A DNA stretch of 64,000 nucleotides from an uncultured Candidatus Saccharibacteria bacterium (GTDB taxonomy: Bacteria; Patescibacteriota; Minisyncoccia; Phycocordibacterales; CAIRYW01), in the NCBI GenBank assembly GCA_964386665.1, contig CAYLQP010000003.1, positions 28,731-92,730 on the forward strand, written 5' to 3'. Positions 27,959 to 36,714 of this stretch are shown piece after piece. The notes beneath the pieces are model-generated. The model was not told the origin of the DNA. It saw nothing but the letters and a program-made list of their open reading frames with translations, and ran no database searches. Within the stretch, counting starts at the first letter, position 1. Every line of letters begins with the position of its first letter. Made by a program: the position numbers and the translations under genes.

Positions 27959-28930
27959 TTATTCCTTGAGTTTAGATACATACTCTCTCAAAATCCCCAT
28001 CGCTTCTTTTGCATTTGGTGCATCCATTAGCGCGATCCGTAGATCGCTTGCGTTTTCGAAGCTTTGGATATAACTTTTGAAATGTTTTTTCATAAGGGCA
28101 AAGTTTTTTGTCGTCCCTAAAATCTCATCAAAAAGTTCTATATGAAGAAGAAGTGCTTCAAGCTGAGATTTGAGATCCTTTGCTTTGCCTTCTTTGCTAA
28201 ATAGAAATGGATTTCCAAATATTCCACGTCCTATCATCACTCCATCACATCCGGTTTCTTTGACTCGTTCTCGTGCTTCATCGAGGTTTTTGACATCTCC
28301 GTTACCGAGAATAAGTGTTTGTGGTGCTAATTCATCTCGAAGACCTACTACTTGTTTTACAAACTCCCAGCGTGCAGGAACTTTGGACATTTCTTTGCGT
28401 GTTCGAGCATGGATGGTTAATGCCTGAATGTCTGCTTTAAGTAAAATTGGAATCCATTTTTCAATCTCAACTGTGTTGTAACCAATTCGAGTTTTGACAG
28501 ATAAAGGAAGAGTTGGCGCACCACGTTTTGCCGCTTCGATTACACTGAGCGCAAGTTCTGGATTTTTTATCATTGCAGAACCGCTTTTTTGTTTTTCGAT
28601 ACTTTTGTCAGGACAACCCATATTGATATCAATTCCATCAAACCCGAGTTTCTCTACAAGAGCCGCTGCAATCTCCATATGTTCTGGATTTGAGCCAAAA
28701 AGTTGAGCGACAATTGGTCTTTCGCTTTCATCGTATTCGAGGTCTTTGAGAAGCTTTTTCTTCCCTTCTTCGGTTGCACGTACAAGCCCGTCCGCTGAAA
28801 CAAATTCAGTCCACGTGACGTCTGGCTTACCGTATGTGGCAATCACTTTTCGAAAAGACGCATCTGTCACATCCGCCATCGGCGCAAGGACAAAAAAAGG
28901 TTTTTTTAATTTTGACCAAAAGTTTTTCAT
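27959..28930 (-). CDS. dus: tRNA-dihydrouridine synthase
   Basis: …VLAPMADVTD…RKV… and the TIM-barrel Dus signature. Confidence 0.85.
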   Translation of the reverse strand: MKNFWSKLKKPFFVLAPMADVTDASFRKVIATYGKPDVTWTEFVSADGLVRATEEGKKKLLKDLEYDESERPIVAQLFGSNPEHMEIAAALVEKLGFDGIDINMGCPDKSIEKQKSGSAMIKNPELALSVIEAAKRGAPTLPLSVKTRIGYNTVEIEKWIPILLKADIQALTIHARTRKEMSKVPARWEFVKQVVGLRDELAPQTLILGNGDVKNLDEARERVKETGCDGVMIGRGIFGNPFLFSKEGKAKDLKSQLEALLLHIELFDEILGTTKNFALMKKHFKSYIQSFENASDLRIALMDAPNAKEAMGILREYVSKLKE

Positions 28931-28951
28931 ATCATCTGCAATATACCAAAT

Positions 28952-30094
28952 CTACTGCGTATTACCAGGGAGCGGAAATTCAACCTCCAAATCTGAGATT
29001 TTTTGAAAACCAATGTTTTGTTCAACGTATCGAAGGAGTCGATCCAAGTCACCATCACGATCACTGCTTTTTAGTACAACAATTGCAATCCGTCTTTTTT
29101 GTTTTTCTTTTTCTCCTGGAACCGTTAGTGCAACGTCATAGAGTGACACAGAAGTTTTGAGCGCCTCATCAGTAAAGCCATTCTTACCTCCTACAAAAGA
29201 AGCTCGCCGAAGTTGGTTGTTACCATTTTGCCACTTATGAGTTCGGATTGCGTATTCTTTTACCCGAGTGATATCCCAAAGCTCTGGATATGATGCGTCA
29301 ATGAACTGAGCAAGTCTAAACAAATCTCTCGCGGTCGAAACGTTTTTGTGAGATAGTCCACTTGGATCAGTAAAGGATGTATCCACCATCAAAATATCAG
29401 AAGCTTTTTCATTGATTCTTTTCATAAAAGTGTCGCGACCAAGTCCACTTGCAACTACCTCTGCTGCATCGTTTGACGATTCGATAAGGAGTGGGTAGAA
29501 CAAATCAGTCAAAGCTATTTTTTCTCCTGCAAAAAGCCCACCCGATGTGCCATATGTATTTATTGAAGAACGACTTACCGTAATCACCTTATGAAGATCA
29601 ATTTCTTCCTTGGCAACAACCGCAGTAAGAAGTTTTGAGATTGATGCGATTGGAAGAACCATATCTCCATTTTTCTCTAGAATAATGTTACCTGTTGCCA
29701 CGTCACCTACCAAAAAGCTCAATCCTCGTGTTTGTGGTAGTGCTAGTTTTTTGTTCAAGGTCAGATAATCCACGTCTTCTTCTGTTGAAGAAACCACATC
29801 ATCTGATCCAAGAAGCTTTTCTTCAGTTGTTGTTGCAACCTGGTAGACTACGACCTGTTTGGTACTAAAGACTTCTTTAAGTGCAAGAAGTGATTTTTCT
29901 GAAACTTGTGCAACACTGCCAAACAAAATAAATCCCGAAAAAAAAGCCATCAAAACCCATACAAATGTTGTATGTTTGAATGTTGGGGGTTCTTTCAGCA
30001 ACTCAAAGACTCTCTGACGATGTGGTCCGAGTGTTGTAGGAGTTACATATACCTTTGGCTGTTTGTATGCAAACGGATTTTTGGGATCAATCAT
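28952..30094 (-). CDS. Serine-type D-Ala-D-Ala carboxypeptidase (PBP5/6, peptidase S11)
   Basis: SxxK motif ASISKLLTAVVA, a TM anchor, and an S11 domain. Confidence 0.7.
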   Translation of the reverse strand: MIDPKNPFAYKQPKVYVTPTTLGPHRQRVFELLKEPPTFKHTTFVWVLMAFFSGFILFGSVAQVSEKSLLALKEVFSTKQVVVYQVATTTEEKLLGSDDVVSSTEEDVDYLTLNKKLALPQTRGLSFLVGDVATGNIILEKNGDMVLPIASISKLLTAVVAKEEIDLHKVITVSRSSINTYGTSGGLFAGEKIALTDLFYPLLIESSNDAAEVVASGLGRDTFMKRINEKASDILMVDTSFTDPSGLSHKNVSTARDLFRLAQFIDASYPELWDITRVKEYAIRTHKWQNGNNQLRRASFVGGKNGFTDEALKTSVSLYDVALTVPGEKEKQKRRIAIVVLKSSDRDGDLDRLLRYVEQNIGFQKISDLEVEFPLPGNTQ

Positions 30095-32493
30095 ACTATC
30101 TTTATATCAAGGGTTTTATTATCTTTCAAGAAGAATGTCACTCGAGATCCAGAAGAAATGTCTCCTGCAATCATTCGCTCTGCAATAATCTGTTCTACTT
30201 CGTTTTGAATCGCTCGATTCATTGGTCGAGCTCCGAACTTAGGATCAGTTCCTTGAGATACAAGATAGTTAACAAGATCCTCACTTTGTTCAAGAATGAC
30301 ACTTTTTTCACGCATTCTTTTTGCAAGTCTTTCTACCAAAAGTTTTGCAATATCTTTGAGATGAGTTTCGGTTAATGGATGGAACAAAATAATAGCATCA
30401 AAACGGTTAAGTAATTCTGGTTTAAAGATTCCTGCATTGATAATAGATTCAACCACTTCATCTTTTTTTGTATTAATATCTTCTCCCTTGAGTGCATACT
30501 CAAAGAGCATTTCGCTTCCCGCGTTAGAAGTAGCAATAAATATATTGTTTTTTGCATTAATACTTCGTCCTGCCGAATCACTAAACTGTCCTTCATCAAG
30601 CACCTGCAAAAAGAGATTGAGTACATCTTTATTTGTCTTTTCGAACTCATCCAACAACACCACTCCATAGGGACGTTCTTTTATTTTGCGCACCAAAACC
30701 CCTTGTTCTTCACTTCCAAAATATCCAATCAGTTTCGAAAGTGCATCCGCACCATTGTATTCACTCATATCAAAACGAGAAATATTTTCTTCAGATCCAA
30801 AAAAGATATCAGCGAGAGCCTTAGTTGTTTCTGTCTTCCCTACTCCTGTAGGACCAAGGAAAAGAAAAGAACCTATCGGTCTATCAGGATTTCGAACTCC
30901 TGAACGACTTCGCCTGAGTGCATTACTAATCACTTTGACCGCTTCATCTTGTCCAACCACTCGTTTATGAAGCGTATCTTCGAGGTGTAACAGAAGTGCT
31001 TTTTCTTCACCCTTAGGAGCTTCTGTTGGCATCCCTGTTTTTGATCCAATCAGTTTCAGTATAGTTTCTCTTGTGATGACATATGAGCCCAGTGAAGCAC
31101 TAAATGGAACTGATTCAGTGATAATATCTTTTGCTTTATCTGCAACACCATATGCATCAAAATATCTGCGAACTCCATCACGGATAGTTTCAAGAGCCAA
31201 AAACGTAAAGAAAAACCGACTTTCGTTTTCTATTTTTTCGGCCTCAGTTTCAAGTAAAGAAAGAATTCCTCTCGCATCACTTATCTCTGTTTGAATAACT
31301 TCAAAGTTCTCCATAATCGATGCGTTGTGTGATATATGACTTGTAAACATCTCTTTCGAATCAAGAGCAATGATTTGAAGTGTTGGTGCTAAAAAGAAGG
31401 GTCGAATAATCGAAAGCGCATCTGATCCAATCGCTTTTGCACTTTCAAGAAAACTAGAAAAATAAGGAATTACTACAATCACATTCAGTGCTTTCATTGC
31501 CTCAACAAGCAAATCTTCTAGATTGCGCTCAAAAGAGATTTTGTCAGTTGCACTTTCAACCAATAAGTTTGTTTCAATCACAAACACTCTTTTTTTTGAA
31601 AGTGGAGAAAGCACTTTTCCTTGACCAATCTTTCGAGCAAGCATTGTCACCACATCCATTCGACTCGCCTCATCATCAGATACAACAAGAGCGTTCCCTC
31701 CTTTGCTTTTTGCGAGAACCGATTCGAGGCGACTCACGGTTGCTTTATGCATACTTTGATACGCCTCAAAATGAGATGACTGAATATGCGTAATATCTCG
31801 TCCATAACGCTCCAAGGTAAACGTTTCTCCATAAGACCAGTTTTTTCCAATACCTTCGATACGAGAAAGTTTCTCTTTTGACCAAAAACGTTCTTCTTGA
31901 ATCTCATCTTCGTTTTTCTTCAATACCCACAAAAAGGCGCCCTCAAAATCATTGAAAGAAACATTCTTCTTCAAAAGCAATTCTTGTAACCCATTGTCAC
32001 TTTCATACAGTGTTTTAACATAAAGCAGGAAATTTATTTCCTTTGGAAAAAGTGATCCGAGGCTTTTTGTGATCAGTGTTCTTGATTGAATAAACTCTTT
32101 GATTTCGTCTTCGGTAAATTCAAGCCTCTTGAATACTTCGTCTCCCAAACTTGAAATCAAAAAACCCTGAGTGAGATCTCCTCCTTCACTATAATAAAGC
32201 ATTCTTGCTACTTCAAATGGTATATTTGGAACCTCGTCTTGTGAATATTCATACAAAGAATAAAAATAAGCATCAATACAAAATAACCAAAGCCAAAAAA
32301 AGAAACTAAACGCAAACACTCCTTTGATTTGAGCGACGCCCGTATCAACAAACAAACTTGCAATAAAAGTAAGGAGTGCAATACTTCCAAAAAGTTTTTT
32401 TAGAACCATTCTTGTGTTATGCGAAACCAGGTCTTCAAGTACAAGAAGTGGATATATAGAGCTTAATGTCTTTTTTAAGAAAGGATTGTTCAT
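30091..32493 (-). CDS. ClpA/ClpB-family AAA+ ATPase with N-terminal TM helices and a degenerate first AAA module
   Basis: The second module is intact (GPTGVGKTETTKALA…LLDEFEKT…, sensor motifs). The first has neither Walker A (…VVSDDEASRMDV…) nor Walker B. Two hydrophobic helices precede a Clp_N-like repeat. Confidence 0.7.
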   Translation of the reverse strand: MNNPFLKKTLSSIYPLLVLEDLVSHNTRMVLKKLFGSIALLTFIASLFVDTGVAQIKGVFAFSFFFWLWLFCIDAYFYSLYEYSQDEVPNIPFEVARMLYYSEGGDLTQGFLISSLGDEVFKRLEFTEDEIKEFIQSRTLITKSLGSLFPKEINFLLYVKTLYESDNGLQELLLKKNVSFNDFEGAFLWVLKKNEDEIQEERFWSKEKLSRIEGIGKNWSYGETFTLERYGRDITHIQSSHFEAYQSMHKATVSRLESVLAKSKGGNALVVSDDEASRMDVVTMLARKIGQGKVLSPLSKKRVFVIETNLLVESATDKISFERNLEDLLVEAMKALNVIVVIPYFSSFLESAKAIGSDALSIIRPFFLAPTLQIIALDSKEMFTSHISHNASIMENFEVIQTEISDARGILSLLETEAEKIENESRFFFTFLALETIRDGVRRYFDAYGVADKAKDIITESVPFSASLGSYVITRETILKLIGSKTGMPTEAPKGEEKALLLHLEDTLHKRVVGQDEAVKVISNALRRSRSGVRNPDRPIGSFLFLGPTGVGKTETTKALADIFFGSEENISRFDMSEYNGADALSKLIGYFGSEEQGVLVRKIKERPYGVVLLDEFEKTNKDVLNLFLQVLDEGQFSDSAGRSINAKNNIFIATSNAGSEMLFEYALKGEDINTKKDEVVESIINAGIFKPELLNRFDAIILFHPLTETHLKDIAKLLVERLAKRMREKSVILEQSEDLVNYLVSQGTDPKFGARPMNRAIQNEVEQIIAERMIAGDISSGSRVTFFLKDNKTLDIKIV

Positions 32494-32879
32494 ATTCTAT
32501 GAAGAAAAAGTTTAATAGATGATACAAAAAGAAATACGAGAATCACTGGAATCAATGTCCACACTACAAAGACTGCACCGAACACGACAACTGCAAACAC
32601 GACACAACATAGACCTATCAGAATAACAATGCTTCGTGCAAAAAACCCTACTCCTCGCATTAACACATTGATTGCAACTGACGCAAACCATTCTCCTATA
32701 TGAAACCCTCCTCGGTATCTTTCACCAAGTCTCTGCCAAGGCGCAAACAACGTTCGTATTAAATCTTTGATTGAAAAGAGATGGAACAAAAACCAAACCG
32801 TGTTTTTAAGCAACGTAAAAATTTCTTTGTAGGCTTTTGTGTAATGCCAAATGATCCCAGAAAAAAAAAGTTGTAACAT
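32490..32879 (-). CDS. Membrane protein (129 aa); its stop overlaps the start of the Clp-like ATPase gene by 4 nt (ATGA)
   Basis: Hydrophobic helices. The 4-nt overlap indicates translational coupling. Confidence 0.45.
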   Translation of the reverse strand: MLQLFFSGIIWHYTKAYKEIFTLLKNTVWFLFHLFSIKDLIRTLFAPWQRLGERYRGGFHIGEWFASVAINVLMRGVGFFARSIVILIGLCCVVFAVVVFGAVFVVWTLIPVILVFLFVSSIKLFLHRI

Positions 32880-32911
32880 ACTCTTTTAGTATACAATAAA
32901 GCAGACAGAGT

Positions 32912-33769
32912 TTAAAATGCAGATGTGGAAACACTTTTCATTACTCCCGAAGATGTGTGTTTCTGTTTAAAAAAAACTTTTGTTCCGAAACGAACATCGA
33001 TATATTCAAGAGAAGACGGGTTCGGAGACACTTTTTTAAATTCATTTGATGCAAAAAGGGTCTTTATCACCTTGATTGTTTCCTCTGATTTTTTTGTGAG
33101 ATCAACCTTGATTTTGAGTCCACCAGAAAGAGTAAGAATAGTCTCCCGCAAAGTAACAACATCAATACGTTCTGTTACAAGCGTATACTGCAAAAGAGCT
33201 TCGGTTATACGAAAAACTTCTTTTAAAAGAGCTTCATCCAAAAAGGTCTTTCCAAGAGGATTAGCATCAGTAATAATCCCTGTGAATATCTGATACACCC
33301 CACCAGAAAAGACAGGGGCCTGCGAAAATACGAGCCCAGCCGCATCAATAAAAAAACATTCTTTTTCTGTCTGACACCACAGCGCATAACTCCCTCGTTC
33401 TTTTATCTTGATTTCAAGGGTGTTTTTGTTAACCTGCATCTGCAATTCTTCTACCCGGCCAAATTCTTTTTGAATGGCATTTGTTAGTTCACCTTCTGGG
33501 TAGACTAATCTATTTTTTTTAGGAATAACAAACAAGTACTCTGACTCAAGGGTTTTGTGTACGAGTTCTTTGATGTGTTCCGCTTCAATAATCTGATTAC
33601 CAGAAACAGACACATCAGTGATATACAAAAACGGCGCCCGAAATACAAAAAATAAAATAAGTACGCACACAACGCACACAGAAAAAAATATTGAAAGAAA
33701 AATAATTCGTTTTCTTTTTTTCTCTTTTATTAGTTTTGAAGAAACAAGGGGGGTGCGTCGAGACTGCAT
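32912..33769 (-). CDS. ftsQ: FtsQ/DivIB-like cell-division protein (POTRA domain)
   Basis: Basic cytoplasmic N-terminus, one TM helix (IIFLSIFFSVCVVCVLILFFVF), then a POTRA-like …YITDVSVSGNQII…. The start is placed at the internal Met to avoid overlap with serS. Confidence 0.5.
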   Translation of the reverse strand: MQSRRTPLVSSKLIKEKKRKRIIFLSIFFSVCVVCVLILFFVFRAPFLYITDVSVSGNQIIEAEHIKELVHKTLESEYLFVIPKKNRLVYPEGELTNAIQKEFGRVEELQMQVNKNTLEIKIKERGSYALWCQTEKECFFIDAAGLVFSQAPVFSGGVYQIFTGIITDANPLGKTFLDEALLKEVFRITEALLQYTLVTERIDVVTLRETILTLSGGLKIKVDLTKKSEETIKVIKTLFASNEFKKVSPNPSSLEYIDVRFGTKVFFKQKHTSSGVMKSVSTSAF

Positions 33770-33785
33770 ACAAGTTTTTTTTGAG

Positions 33786-35069
33786 CTAGGTTCTCGTGAT
33801 TTTTGTTTTTCCAAACATCCACTTTTGAAGAACATCAGGAATAAGAATACTTCCATCTGCTTGCTGATAATTTTCCATAATAGCAATTAGAGTCCGTCCA
33901 ACCGCAACTACTGTTGCATCATTCATATGAACACTTTCAAGTCTTCCATCAGATCGTTTCACTCTTGTACCGAGACGGCGTGGTTGAAATCCTCCAATAC
34001 AATCAGCACTGTGTGTTTCTCGATACTTATCTTGTCCTGGCATCCACGTCTCAATATCGATTTGTCTATAATCAGGAAATCCCATATCTCCAGTACACAC
34101 CGCAACTACCTGATAAGGCAGTTTTAGACTACGAAGAATATATTCTTGTATTGCAACAAGAAACTCTTGTTCAGAGAGAGAATGTTCAGGAAGAGAAAAC
34201 ACTTCTGCCTCTAGTTTATCGAACTGATGCACTCGAAGTATTCCTTTTGTGTCTTTTCCGTAGCTTCCTGCTTCACGTCTAAATGCAGTTGAATATCCAG
34301 CATAACGAATCGGTAAATCTTTTTCATCAAATATCTCATCCATATGCATTGGACCAAGAGCATGTTCCGCAGAACCAACAAGCATTAAGTCGTCTTCTGG
34401 AAACATATAGTGTTCTTCAGGGGTAAGGAAGCGTGCCATTCGGTTTTGCACTGCTGGTTTTACAAACACAGGTGGAATAACAGGAATAAATGGATTTACA
34501 TCAAGAGTCACTCCCGCATCAGTTGCAATCTTTTGAAGTGTTTCTTTGTTTACCAATGTTTCAAGACAAAACTGCAACAATGCAAATTGAAGCAATGCTA
34601 AATCTCCTTTCAAATATCCAAACCGACTTCCCGCTACTTCGGTTGCAGTTTCAATGTCTAAAATATCCAAATCAGCACCAAGTTCAAAATGTTCTTTTGG
34701 AGTAAAGCTAAACGTTGGTTTCTCACCCCACTGTCGAATGATTTTGTTTTCAGTATCATCTTTTCCTATTGGAGTATCAGGTGAAGGAATATTTGGAACT
34801 TTGAGCATAAGTGCCATAAAGGTTTTATCAGCTTCTTTAAATTGTGCTTCAAGAGACTCGCTTTCGGCTTTGAGTTTTTGACCTAGTTCAACATCTCTGT
34901 TTTGTTGAGCGAGATTTCTTTTGCTATTGAGCTCATCGAGCTGTGTTCGTAAATCTTTTTTCTTTTCAAACAAAGTAAGCAACTCATCGATACTAATATC
35001 GCGGTTTTTGTTCTTGCAGGCAAGTTCTACAATTTCTTTATTTTCTTTTATAAATTTAATGTCGAGCAT
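33786..35069 (-). CDS. serS: Seryl-tRNA synthetase
   Basis: N-terminal coiled-coil arm and class II motifs (…TAFRREAGS…, …GFPDYRQIDIETWMPG…). Confidence 0.9.
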   Translation of the reverse strand: MLDIKFIKENKEIVELACKNKNRDISIDELLTLFEKKKDLRTQLDELNSKRNLAQQNRDVELGQKLKAESESLEAQFKEADKTFMALMLKVPNIPSPDTPIGKDDTENKIIRQWGEKPTFSFTPKEHFELGADLDILDIETATEVAGSRFGYLKGDLALLQFALLQFCLETLVNKETLQKIATDAGVTLDVNPFIPVIPPVFVKPAVQNRMARFLTPEEHYMFPEDDLMLVGSAEHALGPMHMDEIFDEKDLPIRYAGYSTAFRREAGSYGKDTKGILRVHQFDKLEAEVFSLPEHSLSEQEFLVAIQEYILRSLKLPYQVVAVCTGDMGFPDYRQIDIETWMPGQDKYRETHSADCIGGFQPRRLGTRVKRSDGRLESVHMNDATVVAVGRTLIAIMENYQQADGSILIPDVLQKWMFGKTKITRT

Positions 35070-35335
35070 ACAAAAAAGTATAACATATTATATAAAATTT
35101 GAAAAAATCGATTTATAGAAATGAGTAAGGTCCGGATTGCTTTCGCAAACCGGACCTAAGAAAATTTTAGTTAATCCCCTGATCTAGGAGAAAAACAAAG
35201 AACCAACCTCGCTTCCAACCAAGAAGCATCCTTACATACCATTCAAACCAAGAGCTTACACTCACAATATCTCGAAGTTAATCAAGATGTTATCTCGTTT
35301 TCACGAGATCTGCTCCTTTCTTTCCTTAAGAAGCT

Positions 35336-35617
35336 TCAATCTTTGATAAGCTGATAATGAATCATCTCACTTCCTCCATCCGATGATTCAGCCATAGTGT
35401 AAAGATCACGTTTTATAATCTTACCCTTGTTGCTTCTGTACACAAAAATATAATCCCATTCACTCTGGAATTCCTGCTGTTCTTCTGACAAACTCACAAT
35501 TGTCCAATGACCCGGAAGCAACTCAGATTCTGTAGGCAAACGGGCATTGCACCTTTTTGCCTCACTCTCCAGGTCTTGTTTAGTTAAGACTTCGGCCGTC
35601 GAGAGTATTATATTCAT
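35336..35617 (-). CDS. Hypothetical protein (93 aa)
   Basis: ORF only. Confidence 0.3.
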   Translation of the reverse strand: MNIILSTAEVLTKQDLESEAKRCNARLPTESELLPGHWTIVSLSEEQQEFQSEWDYIFVYRSNKGKIIKRDLYTMAESSDGGSEMIHYQLIKD

Positions 35618-35626
35618 TTTTAAGTA

Positions 35627-35693
35627 CCGTGAGGGTAATTATTCACGGCTTTAAACATTTAAAATATTTAAAGGCTTAAAGCCGTGAATAAAT
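35627..35693. promoter_or_regulatory. Operator-like near-perfect palindrome in a divergent promoter region
   Basis: Perfect 16-bp inverted repeat ATTATTCACGGCTTTAA … TTAAAGCCGTGAATAA separated by a 22-bp AT spacer that is itself near-palindromic. A third half-site ccgtga lies at 35627. Confidence 0.45.
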
Positions 35694-35793
35694 CTTGGTT
35701 TTTATGATGTAAATGTAATTTTTACTGTACATATTATATCATAATATACTAAATTGTCAAGTATATTATCCTTATCTAAAAAGAGTTAAGATA

Positions 35794-36672
35794 GTGTATA
35801 TGCTCTCTTCCTTCCCTATCAAAAAACTCACTCCTGAAGAATTCCCTCAAGCGCTTTTGGAAATCCCACAGGTTCCTAAACAATTATTTATTCGTGGTAC
35901 GTTTCCAAAAGATCTCGTAATGCTCGCAGTTGTTGGTACTCGCAAATATACTCCTTATGGTAAAGAAGTATGCAAAAAACTCATCGCAGGACTACAAGGG
36001 TATCCGATCTGTATTGTTTCAGGTCTTGCTCTTGGAATCGATGCGATTGCTCATGAAGCAGCCTTGAACTCAAAACTTGCCACTCTTGCAGTTCCAGGTT
36101 CAGGGCTAGATAGCAGTGTGATCTACCCTCGAAGTAATCTTTCACTTGCCGAAAGAATCCTGAACACAGGAGGATGTCTTCTTTCAGAATTTCTTCCAAC
36201 CGAAAAGGCAGCTCTTTGGACCTTCCCACAAAGAAATCGCATTATGGCAGGGCTTGCAAAAGCCGTACTTATTATTGAAGCAGAAGAAAAAAGCGGCACA
36301 CTCATCACTGCTCGGCTTGCAATAGAATATAACCGAGATGTACTCACTGTTCCCGGATCGATCTTTTCACCTACTAGTTCTGGACCCGCCCTTCTCCTTC
36401 GTCTTGGTGCAACTCCTATTACAAAAAGTGAAGATATTCTTGAAGCACTTGGTTTTTCAAAAGAAACAAAACAAAATATAGCTGATACTCTTTTTGATGA
36501 TTTGAATGAAGAAGAAAAACAAATTGTTATGTTACTTAAAGAATCTCCTTACAGTCGTGAAGACCTCGCAACAAAAAGTAATTTTGATATTTCAAAACTA
36601 AATACAATCCTTATGATGCTTGAAATCAAAGGAGTTACAAATGAGTTACTTGGTAAAATTATTTTGCGTTAA
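35794..36672 (+). CDS. dprA: DNA processing protein DprA (Smf)
   Basis: …VVGTRKYTPYGKEV…SGLALGIDAIAHEAAL… Rossmann-like DprA core. Confidence 0.8.
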   Translation: MYMLSSFPIKKLTPEEFPQALLEIPQVPKQLFIRGTFPKDLVMLAVVGTRKYTPYGKEVCKKLIAGLQGYPICIVSGLALGIDAIAHEAALNSKLATLAVPGSGLDSSVIYPRSNLSLAERILNTGGCLLSEFLPTEKAALWTFPQRNRIMAGLAKAVLIIEAEEKSGTLITARLAIEYNRDVLTVPGSIFSPTSSGPALLLRLGATPITKSEDILEALGFSKETKQNIADTLFDDLNEEEKQIVMLLKESPYSREDLATKSNFDISKLNTILMMLEIKGVTNELLGKIILR

Positions 36673-36714
36673 TATTTGCCAAAAAATACATTTACATATA
36701 TGTTATAGAAATAT

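Noticed and set aside
35070-35335. Possible T-box leader upstream of serS
   Set aside because: I read the minus strand upstream of serS looking for the T-box consensus (AATTAGGGTGGnACCGCG) and a specifier/antiterminator arrangement. Only a simple hairpin (aggtccgg…ccggacct) is present, and no T-box sequence.
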